64,000 nucleotides of DNA. It comes from a virus. Where the stretch lies: the IMG/VR virus record IMGVR_UViG_3300020193_000004, positions 32,001 through 96,000 of that record; one strand, given 5' to 3'. A program made the position numbers and the translations under genes. Below the pieces are notes generated by a model. That model saw only the letters and a program-made list of their open reading frames with translations, had not been told where the DNA came from and made no database searches. Below are positions 46,720-56,728 of the stretch, one piece after another. The stretch's first letter is position 1. Each line of letters starts with the position of its first letter.

Positions 46720-49700
46720 TTAGCTCTCGAGCCTCCGATCGATCGCCGCGCTCGGCACGAAGATGTCAGGGCGCGGGGTGTCCAGCATCGACACGCAGGT
46801 GAGGAACAGCAGCGCGTGGAAGGAGTCGTCGGTGTTGTTCGACGACTTCTTGTACTGCGTCATGTGCATGTGCTCGTTGTACTCGGAGAAGATCGAGAGC
46901 ATGTCGGCGGCGTAGGGAGCTGCAAAGTCCTTCCAGGCGGGGAACTTGTAGACGGTGCCGCGCTTGATGGCGTTGAAGATCGCAGACATCACTTCCGAGC
47001 GGTGGATGATGTAGCGGCCCAGTTGCGAGTCCCACTTCATGAAGACGCTGGGGGTCGAGTACTGGAAGCGGACGATACGCTGCGAGCCGTACTTCCGCAG
47101 GAGCTCGTCGTTGGGGTGGAGCCCGCCGCCGTAGTCGACTCCAACACGAGCGAGCTGGAAGGTGTCGATGAGGCGACAGATCTTGTCCATCTGCACGCGG
47201 ATGTCGGTGTCTGCTCCGATGAAGCGGTACGCGTAGATGACGCGGAACCGCCCCTGGTAGTAGCCGCCGATCTTCATGACGGTGTGGGACTTCGTGCTGT
47301 CCTGCCCCCAGTCGATCCCGCCGTAGAGTGGGATGCCGTTCAGCTTCTCCCGCCAGAGCTTCACGATCTCCGGGAGGAGGCGCATCTGCTCGTCGCAGTT
47401 GATCTGGATGTCGGCCGCCGTCAACGGGCGCTGGCCGCTGTCGTACGAGAGCCCGAGGCACTCGTTGAAGAACATGGCGCGCGGGTAGTCGTTGTACTTG
47501 GTGTACAGGTCCTTCCAGTCGATCCACGGCACCATCAGCTGCGGGATGCGGTAGCCCTCGTACACACTGAGCGTGGGGTCGGGAGAGCCCGTGCGAACCC
47601 ACTGCGCGAGCGGGTGTGCCGGGTCGATCGGACCGCCGCACTTGTCGCAGATGAGCCCCAGCTTGCCGATGTTCAACTCGCCGAGGATGTTCCAGTGCCA
47701 GGACCCGGGGTCCTTCGGCGTGCCGTGGCGCTCGCAGGGGACGCCCCACTCGTTCTGCGTGGAGAAGTTCGACCAGTAGTGCTCGATGGGGTTGTCGTTG
47801 GACTTCGGCGTCCCCGAGTAGATGAAGTACCTGTATGGGGAGTGGGAGGCGGCCTCCTCGATGACGGGGATGTTCTCGAGGAGGATGTCCTGGATCTCGT
47901 CGAGGGCAACCAGGTCCGCGCGCAGCCCGCGGCACCGGTCCGCGTTGAGGAAGGCGTACCGGAGCGTCACCGTGCTGCGATTGATGGCCTTCTTCTCGAA
48001 GACGTTGTCGGTGAGGTGGATGGGGAACCACTTCCGCAGGTCGGGCGAGGTCTCCAGGGTCTCGCGGATGCGTGTCTTCGAGAACTCCTGCGTCTGCTGC
48101 GCGGAGGGCGAGACATAGAGCGTTCGGAAGTGCGGGATGAGGCAGCTGCTCGCGAGGATCCGGTTCCCGAGCGTTGTGCTGTTGTGCGTGACGATCGCGC
48201 CGGCGACACAGTTGTGGTGGTCCGCGACGGTCAGGTCGTAGCACCACTGCTCGCCGAGGTCCTCGACGGCCTGGACCTCGTCCCAGTACACGTCGGAGTC
48301 GAGGTGGGCCTCGAGCAGGTCCACGTGGGCCTGGTCATATCGCTCGTCACCGCGGAAGAACTCGACAAACTGCGCGAGCTTGTCCTTCGTGAGGCAGTAC
48401 TCGTCAGGGGGCAGACGGGCGATGCCACATGACCGAAGGGTGCGGTCTCCCTTCCTCGGCTGCACCGCCGCGTAGACCTCCCGGACGAGCTGCGTGACCT
48501 CGGGTGGGTACGTGTCGGTGTTCGAGTTCGACTCCCATGGTTCGAGCTCTTGGCACTCGATCTTGTCCAGCGCGCCGATCTCGCGTACGAAGGCGCGGAT
48601 GCCCTCCTGCGTCTCCACACGCAGGATGTACGCGAGCTTCTTCTCCCCGCGCTTCTTGTAGATGTTCGGCCAGTTCTCGCGGATGCACGAGGGGATACCG
48701 AACTTGTGCAGCAGCGACTGCACCTGCAGGACGAGCCTCTGCGACATCGAGCAGTACTCGATGGACCACTTCGTCGCGTGGTTCATCTTCACATGGCCGT
48801 CGGTCGACCACAGGCGGTTCAGGAAGAGCGCAGTCTGCTCGCGGGAGAGCTGAAAGACCCAGTCCGGGACGAACTTCGTGTACGAACTCGTGCCGAGGAG
48901 GCCGTCCTCGTCGAACCAGTCGTAGAGCTTCTGAGCGCTGTAGCGGGGGAGCTGAAAGTCGACGGCCCTGGAGCGAGGGTCGTCCTGGAACGTATAGCTC
49001 ATGCCCTCGTCGCAAAGAGCGCGGTCGAAGTCGTCGAGCACGGCGTACGAGGCGTTCGTGAAGCGGAGGGCCTTGGCGGCGCAGGAACCGTCCCCGATCA
49101 TGAACGCCGTCAGCCTCACGCGGGACTCGGGTTGCGGCTCGGCGAGGAAGACGCCGGCCTGGCGCACGACTGCGATGCGGTCGCCCACACGGACGTCGCT
49201 GGCGTCCCGCCAACCGGCCCACACGCGCACGGGGTGCGTGGTCGCCATCTCGGATGCGTGGCCCTGGCGCGTGCGCACGCGGACGCAGGGCTTCTGATAG
49301 CGCCTGGACTTCCACGTGACCTCAGATGTTGTCGTACGGTGACCATACCCACGTTCGACGCCGGGCTCCGCCTCGTCCGTCTTGAGGCACACGAGCTCAT
49401 CACCGAGTTCGACGTCCTTGACCTGCTTGAAGGTCCCATCAGCGCTTCGTAGAAAGGTAGTTTCTACCCAACTTTTCTCGACCTGCCGCGCACACTTCAA
49501 CAGGATCCGTTTGTGCGGCGTGTCGTAGATCCGACGGAGGTAGGGACGTTCCGAGAAGTCGAAGCTCCTGAGGGACTTCGTCTCCGCGTCCGGCATCATG
49601 ACCGACGTCTCGACGAACTGCGAGGGCGAGACCGCGAGGAGGGAGCGCGCCTCCTTCAGTGCCTCGCTGAACTCCCAGTCCGCCGCGTCAGGGGTCGGAG

Positions 49701-49806
49701 GCTCGTAGTCCCAGGGCTCCGCGTAGTCCAGGAGCGTCGTGTCCTCGCACTCCTGCTTGACGAGGCGGAAGACGTCGAGGGGATCCTGACGATCTGAAAG
49801 ATTCAC
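46720..49806 (-). CDS. terL: terminase large subunit, intein-containing
   Basis: Walker A-like ARQVEK|ST, Walker B VALDEIQD, motif III YSGTP, RNase H-like YGGIDWG and DDSFHA. Confidence 0.9.
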   Translation of the reverse strand: MNLSDRQDPLDVFRLVKQECEDTTLLDYAEPWDYEPPTPDAADWEFSEALKEARSLLAVSPSQFVETSVMMPDAETKSLRSFDFSERPYLRRIYDTPHKRILLKCARQVEKSWVETTFLRSADGTFKQVKDVELGDELVCLKTDEAEPGVERGYGHRTTTSEVTWKSRRYQKPCVRVRTRQGHASEMATTHPVRVWAGWRDASDVRVGDRIAVVRQAGVFLAEPQPESRVRLTAFMIGDGSCAAKALRFTNASYAVLDDFDRALCDEGMSYTFQDDPRSRAVDFQLPRYSAQKLYDWFDEDGLLGTSSYTKFVPDWVFQLSREQTALFLNRLWSTDGHVKMNHATKWSIEYCSMSQRLVLQVQSLLHKFGIPSCIRENWPNIYKKRGEKKLAYILRVETQEGIRAFVREIGALDKIECQELEPWESNSNTDTYPPEVTQLVREVYAAVQPRKGDRTLRSCGIARLPPDEYCLTKDKLAQFVEFFRGDERYDQAHVDLLEAHLDSDVYWDEVQAVEDLGEQWCYDLTVADHHNCVAGAIVTHNSTTLGNRILASSCLIPHFRTLYVSPSAQQTQEFSKTRIRETLETSPDLRKWFPIHLTDNVFEKKAINRSTVTLRYAFLNADRCRGLRADLVALDEIQDILLENIPVIEEAASHSPYRYFIYSGTPKSNDNPIEHYWSNFSTQNEWGVPCERHGTPKDPGSWHWNILGELNIGKLGLICDKCGGPIDPAHPLAQWVRTGSPDPTLSVYEGYRIPQLMVPWIDWKDLYTKYNDYPRAMFFNECLGLSYDSGQRPLTAADIQINCDEQMRLLPEIVKLWREKLNGIPLYGGIDWGQDSTKSHTVMKIGGYYQGRFRVIYAYRFIGADTDIRVQMDKICRLIDTFQLARVGVDYGGGLHPNDELLRKYGSQRIVRFQYSTPSVFMKWDSQLGRYIIHRSEVMSAIFNAIKRGTVYKFPAWKDFAAPYAADMLSIFSEYNEHMHMTQYKKSSNNTDDSFHALLFLTCVSMLDTPRPDIFVPSAAIDRRLES
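48181..49473 (-). mobile_element. intein (431 aa) with LAGLIDADG homing endonuclease in terminase P-loop
   Basis: Starts Ser (SWVETT), block B TTHP, LAGLIDADG motifs AFMIGDG and RLWSTDG, ends YDLTV...VTHN before Ser(+1). Confidence 0.9.
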
Positions 49807-49822
49807 GTTGCCTCGCCATAAG
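49794..49822 (+). promoter_or_regulatory. bipartite promoter-like motif copy 3
   Basis: CTGAAA-N17-CATAAG upstream of 49872 gene, overlapping terL start. Confidence 0.55.
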
Positions 49823-49871
49823 ACCCTTGCTGGCGAAACACGCCAGTTCTACCACCAAGAGGCTCCCTACC

Positions 49872-50666
49872 ATGAAATCCGTCTTCACGCTCGCCCTCGA
49901 GGGCCGTCGTCTCCCCGAACACACGGAGGAGGTGAACGGCCAGCCGGTCCTCATCCCGGCACACTGGACCATCCTTGCCGTGTTCGGCGGGGTCGATCCC
50001 CGCGGTGTCGTGCGGATGTGGTCCACGGATACGGGGCTCGTCCACCGCGGCGAGAACCCGGAGGGGCTGCGCCCGCTCTTTCACGAGGCGGCGCGCGCGT
50101 TCCCGCTCGACGGGCGCGACCTGCGTGTGCAGGGCCGCTACGTCTGCGGCAGGCTGCGCGGTGCCGGCGGTGAACTCCGCGACTACCACCTGTGGGTGCC
50201 TCCGAAGGACATCTTCAGCGACGGGTACGACGTGGTCGAGGTGACGGGAACCGTCGTGGGACTCGGCATCGGGCTCGAGACGCGCAAGGACACCCGGGAC
50301 GTCGAGGGAAACCGGGCGGTCTTCCTCGCCCCGTACTACGCCACGCTGGTCTACGAGGAGTTCGAGGACGGGCGGAAGGTGCCCATCGTCGTGCCCGTGC
50401 GCTGGATGGCTCCGTGGGACGAGAAGACGCGGCTTGTGGAGGACGACGAGCCGCTGACGGTGTTCCTCCCCAAGATCGTGCGGCGCATGCAGGACCGGGC
50501 GAGGATCGGCTCGTCGCTGACCGTGCACGTCCGGAAGGACCCCACGCCGCACTACTACCTGGAAGGGATCGTGGCCCCCGACACGATCATGGGCGCCGCG
50601 GTCAAAGGCGCCGGACTCGACAACCGGGCCTTCCCTGAGGCGCCGCTGAAGGTCGGTACGGCGTGA
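49872..50666 (+). CDS. hypothetical protein (beta-rich, possibly OB-fold)
   Basis: GAGG RBS; first gene of + strand island. Confidence 0.6.
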   Translation: MKSVFTLALEGRRLPEHTEEVNGQPVLIPAHWTILAVFGGVDPRGVVRMWSTDTGLVHRGENPEGLRPLFHEAARAFPLDGRDLRVQGRYVCGRLRGAGGELRDYHLWVPPKDIFSDGYDVVEVTGTVVGLGIGLETRKDTRDVEGNRAVFLAPYYATLVYEEFEDGRKVPIVVPVRWMAPWDEKTRLVEDDEPLTVFLPKIVRRMQDRARIGSSLTVHVRKDPTPHYYLEGIVAPDTIMGAAVKGAGLDNRAFPEAPLKVGTA

Positions 50667-51040
50667 CCGAGCTGCCGGCATCGCTGCGCTGGGTACCCCT
50701 GTTCGCCGCCTCGGCGAACAGAGCCCTGGATGGTGACATCCTCGACGCCAAGATCAGTCAGCGAACCGACCCTCTCCAGTGGGTTCTGGTCCTCACCACG
50801 AGCTTCCAGTGGACCGCCATGACCTCGAAAGTCATGCGCGGTCTGCTGGAGGCCTGGTGCGCAGCGAACGACGCGGTGCTCGACCGCGCGGGTATCGGTA
50901 CCCCTGCGACGACATGGTCTGCACTCATACTCATCAAGGGGCTGGGCCCCGAGAAGACGATCAACCCCTACGAGGAGGACAGCGATGCAGCTCGCAACGC
51001 GGCCCGTCGACTCCATCAGCGACCCAAGATTCGCCGCTGA
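50663..51040 (+). CDS. hypothetical protein
   Basis: GTGA overlap. Confidence 0.55.
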   Translation: MTELPASLRWVPLFAASANRALDGDILDAKISQRTDPLQWVLVLTTSFQWTAMTSKVMRGLLEAWCAANDAVLDRAGIGTPATTWSALILIKGLGPEKTINPYEEDSDAARNAARRLHQRPKIRR

Positions 51041-51041
51041 G

Positions 51042-51173
51042 ATGGCCCACGCCAGGCAGGTCTGGCTTCAGACGCTCGAGTGGCGGCGCATCGAGGCGCA
51101 CGTAAGCACACCGCCGATGCGCATCGTACGCGTCGGGGACGAGCTCCTCCTACCGGGTGATCTCCCCAGATGA
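51042..51173 (+). CDS. small hypothetical protein
   Basis: Fills gap with coupled start/stop. Confidence 0.35.
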   Translation: MAHARQVWLQTLEWRRIEAHVSTPPMRIVRVGDELLLPGDLPR

Positions 51174-51355
51174 AGGACTCCCACAACGACAGCGAGGCTC
51201 ACCTGCGTGATCTGATCGCGAAGCTCGCGCCAGCAGATCGCGAGGCTGTTCGCGCGGACTTGACCAAGTGGCATGGCCTCCTCTGGTCATTGCTCCTCGG
51301 CACGTCGGAGCAGGATACCGAGCAGGCGCGACAGCGTCTGCTGAGGCTCCTGTGA
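51170..51355 (+). CDS. small hypothetical protein
   Basis: ATGA and GTGA overlaps with neighbours. Confidence 0.45.
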   Translation: MKDSHNDSEAHLRDLIAKLAPADREAVRADLTKWHGLLWSLLLGTSEQDTEQARQRLLRLL

Positions 51356-51975
51356 GGTACGCCGGCGTGGACGAGGTCGGGTACGGGGCCCTGGCAGGGC
51401 CCCTGGTCTCCGTGGCGGTGGCGGTCGACGTTGACCTGTCGTTCGAGCGACTCCGCCGTTGGTGGCCTGTCGACCGCGTGCGGGACTCGAAGAAGACCAC
51501 GCCGGCGCAGCGCGCGGAGATCATGTCCAGGCTGATGCCCTGGCTGGTCGAGCAGCACGCGTCGGTGGGGATCGGAGAGATCCCGCCGTCGACGATCGAC
51601 CAGTACGGGTACAGCAAGGCGCTGCTCTGGTCGAAGCAGGACGCACTGAAGGTGCTGACCGCGGAGGCTCCCGTGGACCTGCTGATCGTCGACGGGTCCG
51701 TCGGCGTCGGCGACCTCCCCGGTGTACGGGAGTGCCGCGTCATCCCGCAGGCAGACGCCGATTACTGGGTCGTGTCGGCAGCGTCGATCATCGCGAAGGT
51801 CTACCGGGACGCGCTCATGCGCGACCTGGCCAGCGAGTACCCGCAGTACGACTGGACGAACAACATGGGGTACGCCGGCGGAGGGAAGCTGACGAGCGTG
51901 CACATCGCAGCCCTGCGGAAGCACGGGCTCACCGTGCACCACCGGAAGCAGGCATGCAGGACCGCCCTCTCGTAG
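51352..51975 (+). CDS. rnhB: ribonuclease HII
   Basis: AGVDEVGYG.LAGP, RDSKK, LIVDG, AD......SAASIIAKV.RD, GY, HR motifs. Confidence 0.92.
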   Translation: MRYAGVDEVGYGALAGPLVSVAVAVDVDLSFERLRRWWPVDRVRDSKKTTPAQRAEIMSRLMPWLVEQHASVGIGEIPPSTIDQYGYSKALLWSKQDALKVLTAEAPVDLLIVDGSVGVGDLPGVRECRVIPQADADYWVVSAASIIAKVYRDALMRDLASEYPQYDWTNNMGYAGGGKLTSVHIAALRKHGLTVHHRKQACRTALS

Positions 51976-51993
51976 GAGGCGGTCCTCTTAGCC

Positions 51994-52398
51994 CTATCGG
52001 GCGAGCCAGCTCACGAAGTAGAGGCTGTTCGCACCGATTGCGATGCGGTTCGCCGCGGTCGCGGTGCCGTCTCCTTCGTACCGCCCTTCCCAGTCGATCT
52101 CGAAGGTGTCGCCGCTGAGGATGGTGAACGACCCCTTGTTGAGGATGTTCAGAGTGGTGTTGCCGCCTGAGGCGGTGACGCGGATGCGGTGGAGGCGTGC
52201 ACCGTCAGCGAGGTCGACGTTGGCCGCTCCTGCACCGGCTGCGATGCCGGTCGGGTCCGCGTCGTCGTACATGATGTCGATGTGGCCAGACTGGTTCGAC
52301 CCACCGAAGATCGTGATGTCCTCGGGACCCATGTCGTTCGCGACCAGCCAGGTGGATAGCGCGTGCGCGTGGGGGAACGTGTTGGTACGGATGGCCAT
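51994..52398 (-). CDS. putative small virion protein (beta-rich)
   Basis: AGGAG RBS; last gene of - strand run. Confidence 0.55.
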   Translation of the reverse strand: MAIRTNTFPHAHALSTWLVANDMGPEDITIFGGSNQSGHIDIMYDDADPTGIAAGAGAANVDLADGARLHRIRVTASGGNTTLNILNKGSFTILSGDTFEIDWEGRYEGDGTATAANRIAIGANSLYFVSWLAR

Positions 52399-52407
52399 GA
52401 AGAGCTC

Positions 52408-52824
52408 CTACAGGTCAGCGAGCGCCTGGTTGACGAAGCGAGCGAACCCGGCGACGTGATGTTCCTTGTCGTAGCTGATCATCCCTGTCAGGTCGCGAGC
52501 TATCAGCCCCCAGCTCGAGAGCTCGGAGATGTACGAGGCCGAGAAGCGATCGAGGCCCCCAAAGTAGATCATGACCATGTCTGTGAGTAAGGCGCGCCCG
52601 TCCCCCACGTCCCTGGGCCACTTCTTCTTGGGGAAGATCTGGAAGACCACGTCGCCGTTCTCGCGGAAGACGACGGTGATGTCGCAGAACTTCCCCTCGA
52701 ACTCCTCCCGCGGCTCGATCGCGAACTGCGTGCGGTTGAACGACTCGAGACCCCGCTCGAACTGGCCGAGGAGGCGTGCACGATCCTTGTCGGTGAACGA
52801 GATGTCGGCGGTCTGGGGGGTCAT
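52408..52824 (-). CDS. hypothetical protein
   Basis: AAGGAG RBS; ATGA overlap. Confidence 0.65.
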   Translation of the reverse strand: MTPQTADISFTDKDRARLLGQFERGLESFNRTQFAIEPREEFEGKFCDITVVFRENGDVVFQIFPKKKWPRDVGDGRALLTDMVMIYFGGLDRFSASYISELSSWGLIARDLTGMISYDKEHHVAGFARFVNQALADL

Positions 52825-53699
52825 GCAGTCTCCTTGGCAGTAATCTGCGCCACCTGGCGCCCCCTATCACTGATCGTGCCGGTGGGAGCAAGGTCACGCA
52901 TCGACGGCACCTCGCCGGGTGCCGAGACAAGACGGAAGCGCTCGAACTTCCGGAGCACGTCGGCCAGCGCGGTGTCGCCTGCCTCGAGGCGCTCCTCGAT
53001 CCGCACGACGCTGCGCGAGATGTTCGACAGCATCTCCACCTTCTTGTCCGAGAGAGGCAGCGCACGCACCTCCTGGAAGGTGAAGTAGAGCTCGCGGTGC
53101 ATCTCCTCGAGCGTCTTGCGCCGGTCGATCTCGACGCGGATGCCCGTGCGGTAGAGCGCGAACTGCGGGCCCGAGATGCGCGCCGCGTCGTACTGCTCCT
53201 GCAGGTCGCGCGTGCGGCCGCGGTTGTCGCTGCGGTAGTAGTGCGCCCAGTCGCCCGCACCCATGATCTCGGTGTTCCAGAAGTAGTGCCGGAAGTCCGC
53301 GACCGCCGACTCGTTCACCCGGTAGCCCAGCTCCTGCAGGCGGAAGGCTACCTCCTGGTGCGGCACGTTGCCGATGAGCAGGCGCTCCACGGCCTCCCGC
53401 AGGCGCCGGTGGGCCACGATGGCCATCATCTCGGTGGTCGCCGCGTCCTGGTGCAGGACCGAGTAGATCTTCCGCTGGCGGAGCCACCGAGACGACGGCA
53501 GATGGGTCGCGTCCCACGGGCGGAAGTCGATCGGCTGCTCGCGCACGCTCGCGATCGCCTCCTCGACCTGCGCGTCGTCCAGCTCCGCCACCCCGTAGCG
53601 CCCAAGTGCCGGATTCAACTCCTCGCGGGGGTTGTCGAGCACCAGCACCAGGTACCTGGCGTAGTAGGTTGCGGGGTGGACGAAGACGTTGTTGGTCAT
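52821..53699 (-). CDS. helical DNA-binding-like protein, candidate terminase small subunit
   Basis: HTH-like HQEVAFRL...VNESAVADFRHYFW plus C-terminal helical hairpin; same strand upstream of terL. Confidence 0.4.
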   Translation of the reverse strand: MTNNVFVHPATYYARYLVLVLDNPREELNPALGRYGVAELDDAQVEEAIASVREQPIDFRPWDATHLPSSRWLRQRKIYSVLHQDAATTEMMAIVAHRRLREAVERLLIGNVPHQEVAFRLQELGYRVNESAVADFRHYFWNTEIMGAGDWAHYYRSDNRGRTRDLQEQYDAARISGPQFALYRTGIRVEIDRRKTLEEMHRELYFTFQEVRALPLSDKKVEMLSNISRSVVRIEERLEAGDTALADVLRKFERFRLVSAPGEVPSMRDLAPTGTISDRGRQVAQITAKETA

Positions 53700-53729
53700 G
53701 GCTACTTCCTGTACACACGCCCGGCAGGA

Positions 53730-53927
53730 TCACGCAAGCGCGCGGCCCAGCGCAATGCCTCCCACGCCCGAGATCCCGCCGATCCCGGCCCCCGTGAGGG
53801 CGCCGCGGAGGCGGTGCCCCTTCTCCTCCGTGGCGGCCCCGTACGCGGCACCGGCGAGTGCACCGAGTCCGCCGAAGGTGGCGGCCGCGCGCACCGGGTT
53901 CACTCCCGCACTGGCGGTCTTGAACAT
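53730..53927 (-). CDS. small glycine-zipper 2TM protein with N-terminal KTA
   Basis: MFKTAS..GGLGALAGAAYG..KGHRLRGALTGAGIGG; GAGGAGGT RBS. Confidence 0.65.
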   Translation of the reverse strand: MFKTASAGVNPVRAAATFGGLGALAGAAYGAATEEKGHRLRGALTGAGIGGISGVGGIALGRALA

Positions 53928-53938
53928 GGTGAACCTCC

Positions 53939-56728
53939 TCAGAGTTTGTAGGTCTTGAGCCCCTTGAGCCCGGTGATGACCTCCTCGAGGGACGTCATCG
54001 CGCGGACCGCGGCGGTCTTGGGGATGGACTGCAGGCCGAGCTGGGTAGCGAAGACCAAGCTGGCGAGCTTGCTCTGGGTCTCCTCGAGCTCGGGGATCGC
54101 GTTGACGAAGTCCTGTACGTTCTCGGCGTTGATGAAGCCGAGGGAGAGCAGGGTGTCGAGCGAGTCGACGCCGGCCAGGGCCTTCGCCTCCTTGTACAGC
54201 TCGATGGCCATGGCCTCCTTGAGGAGGCACACCGGCTTGGGCACCGGCCCCCTGGTAGTGGCGATGTCCGCCACCGCGTCGGCGAAGGCCTCCTTCACGA
54301 TGGCCGGGTCGGGCGACAGGGTGCGCAGGCCGTAGATACGTACAGGCTCCCCGGTCATGGCCGCCTTCTCCATCAGGGCGACGGAGAGGTTCTGGGGCAC
54401 ACCCGCGGCCGCGAGGTAGAAGATCGCGTCCGGCACGCCGTAGTCGCCCGAGCCGACCTTCTCGAAGACGGGGCCGGTGAGCTTCGCGCCCTGGAGCCCG
54501 CCGTAGCCGTCGGTCCAGGCGCGGATGACCGCGGAGCTGGAGAAGGAAGCAATCTTGGCGGGCATCATCGGATCGGCGCCTGCGCCCATCAGCTCGACCT
54601 GCCCGTTCAGGGGCATCCAGACGTAGTCGGCCGGCATCGCGATCTCGGTGGGGCTGGTCGCGATCGGGCGGCGGATGCCGTCGCTCGGGGTGATCTGGAC
54701 CTCCATCCCCTCCATCGTCTGCGCGGCGTAGTAGCGCACGCCCTCGACGCTCACCGCGGTCATCACCGTGAACGGGATGGTGGCGATGATGCCCTTGCCG
54801 TCGGTCTTGTAGAAGACGCCGAGGCCGCGGGGTTCGGACTGCCCGCCAGGCAGGTTGTAGCTGACGCCCACCAGCACGCCGGCGATGTCCGGCTGCAGGG
54901 CGAAGGCGCTGCCGTTGGTGAAGAGCTTGGTCGGCGTCGTCTGCCCGGTGCGCGGGTCGAAGAGCGTCGGGATGACGTAGCCGACGAGCTCGTTGCCGGT
55001 GCTGGCCTCGTGGACCTTGTAGGTACCGAAGCCCTCGACGGGCTGCACCTGCTCCTCGAGGGGGTCGGGCTCCGCCTCGACACCGGTCATCGTGGCCACG
55101 CCCTGCTGGTCGGCGGTCTGGAGGGCCTCGGGCGGGAGGGTCTGCTGGGCCTGCGCCTGCGACATCTCCTGCTGCTGGGGCTGCACGCCATCCGGCGCCG
55201 CGGCCCACTTCACCAGGTAGCCGAACTCGGTGGGGCGCACCTGCACGACGTCGAACCGGCCACGCGACGCGAGCTTCGTCGCGCCCTGGACGGTCATGCG
55301 GGTGCCTACGCCCTTCGAGGCGATCTTGTTCAGCGCGGCCATGGTCGAGGGGCAGATGGGCAGGAGGTCAGCGACCGCCGCGTCCTTGTACATCTCCTCG
55401 AAGACGGCGAAGTCGCTCGCGCGGACGGTGCCGGCGATCTTGGTCGAGAGGTTCACGGAGCTCTCCTTGACGATGAAGTCTCGAATGTGGCCGGCTGCAC
55501 GACGGAACGGAGACAGTACGCGGTCACGTGCAGCACCGACCTCCGACTTCGCCGCGCTCATACCACCTGCGACCGCGGCATGTCCTGCCTCCTGCGCCAA
55601 GGGAGTCACGTGAGGTGCCACTGCGGCAACCGCGGCGTCTGCCATGTTCTTCCCGACTTCTCGGGAGAGGGGGGCGATGTGCGGGGCCAGCGCCTTAACC
55701 GTGGCGTTGGCGTACTCGTCTCCGACCATCCTGGCGCGGGTCTTGATGAAGTCGTCCAGGTGCCCGAGAGCGGCAGGTGCGTAGTGGGCTGCTGCGCCGG
55801 CGCCGAGACCAAGCACGCCACCCTTCGCGGCACCGACGAGTGCACGGTGACGCGCGAGCTGGTTGCCGAGTTCCTTGCTGCGATCGGCGTCCTCCTTCTT
55901 CATGAGGCCGCGCTGGACAAGGTCGTCCATCCCCATGCGCCCGACGTGCTGGCGCTCACGCTCCTTGAGGTACGCCCCGATGCCCCCGAGCGTGGAGCCC
56001 CCGAGACTGGTGAGCGCGATGGTGCCGGCGGAGGCCTCCTTCTGCCGCTCCGAGTACGCATGGGGCATGTGGCCGATCACGGACTTGTGGTGCCAGTCCG
56101 GACCGTGCTGCTGCTCCAACGCACGCTGAAGAGGGCCCCAGGACCCAACGCTGTCTCCGCCGCAGTAGGCTGCGCGCATCGCGGCTTGTCCGTGCATCCA
56201 GTTCATGTAGTGCCTGTCCAGCTCGGCGCTGTGCTGCTGCAGAAACGCCTTCTCTTCGGCCGAGCCTTCCGCGTGCCGCATCAACTGCTGCTGCAACGGG
56301 TTGTACTTCTTCTCCTTCACTTCCCACACGGGGTGCAGATCCTTGGCGAACTGCTTGGCGTCGACCATGAACCGGTGCGGACGGATGTTGCGGACGTAGG
56401 GGCGTACCTGATCTTCCGGAATGCCCGAGGCGGCTGAGACCTGGGCCACGTAGGCGGAGGGGGCCTCGCTCTCCATGAGCTTCCTGGTAAGAAAGCTACC
56501 GATCCCGGCGTGCTTGTCCACCTCCGCAGAGGCCTCCTTCCCGATGTCTGGGAAGCGGGCGTGGACGGCGTCCTGGACCTGCTTCTTCTCCGCGGGTGTG
56601 CCGTGTTGCGCGACGCGGGCGAGCGCGTTGCGGGCATGAGCAAGATCGTGCACGGGGTACTTCCTCTTCTCGGGGAGGGCGAACGCCCCATCTGAGAGGC
56701 TATTCCGCTGTTGCGTTGTCAGATCCAT
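53939..56728 (-). CDS. large KxA-punctuated head protein (929 aa) with N-terminal DUF6582-like domain and cassettes
   Basis: LT...R..L...FALP..RKYPVHD..HARNALAR; ~15 KxA sites; helical C-terminal domain LSLGFINAEN. Confidence 0.65.
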   Translation of the reverse strand: MDLTTQQRNSLSDGAFALPEKRKYPVHDLAHARNALARVAQHGTPAEKKQVQDAVHARFPDIGKEASAEVDKHAGIGSFLTRKLMESEAPSAYVAQVSAASGIPEDQVRPYVRNIRPHRFMVDAKQFAKDLHPVWEVKEKKYNPLQQQLMRHAEGSAEEKAFLQQHSAELDRHYMNWMHGQAAMRAAYCGGDSVGSWGPLQRALEQQHGPDWHHKSVIGHMPHAYSERQKEASAGTIALTSLGGSTLGGIGAYLKERERQHVGRMGMDDLVQRGLMKKEDADRSKELGNQLARHRALVGAAKGGVLGLGAGAAAHYAPAALGHLDDFIKTRARMVGDEYANATVKALAPHIAPLSREVGKNMADAAVAAVAPHVTPLAQEAGHAAVAGGMSAAKSEVGAARDRVLSPFRRAAGHIRDFIVKESSVNLSTKIAGTVRASDFAVFEEMYKDAAVADLLPICPSTMAALNKIASKGVGTRMTVQGATKLASRGRFDVVQVRPTEFGYLVKWAAAPDGVQPQQQEMSQAQAQQTLPPEALQTADQQGVATMTGVEAEPDPLEEQVQPVEGFGTYKVHEASTGNELVGYVIPTLFDPRTGQTTPTKLFTNGSAFALQPDIAGVLVGVSYNLPGGQSEPRGLGVFYKTDGKGIIATIPFTVMTAVSVEGVRYYAAQTMEGMEVQITPSDGIRRPIATSPTEIAMPADYVWMPLNGQVELMGAGADPMMPAKIASFSSSAVIRAWTDGYGGLQGAKLTGPVFEKVGSGDYGVPDAIFYLAAAGVPQNLSVALMEKAAMTGEPVRIYGLRTLSPDPAIVKEAFADAVADIATTRGPVPKPVCLLKEAMAIELYKEAKALAGVDSLDTLLSLGFINAENVQDFVNAIPELEETQSKLASLVFATQLGLQSIPKTAAVRAMTSLEEVITGLKGLKTYKL

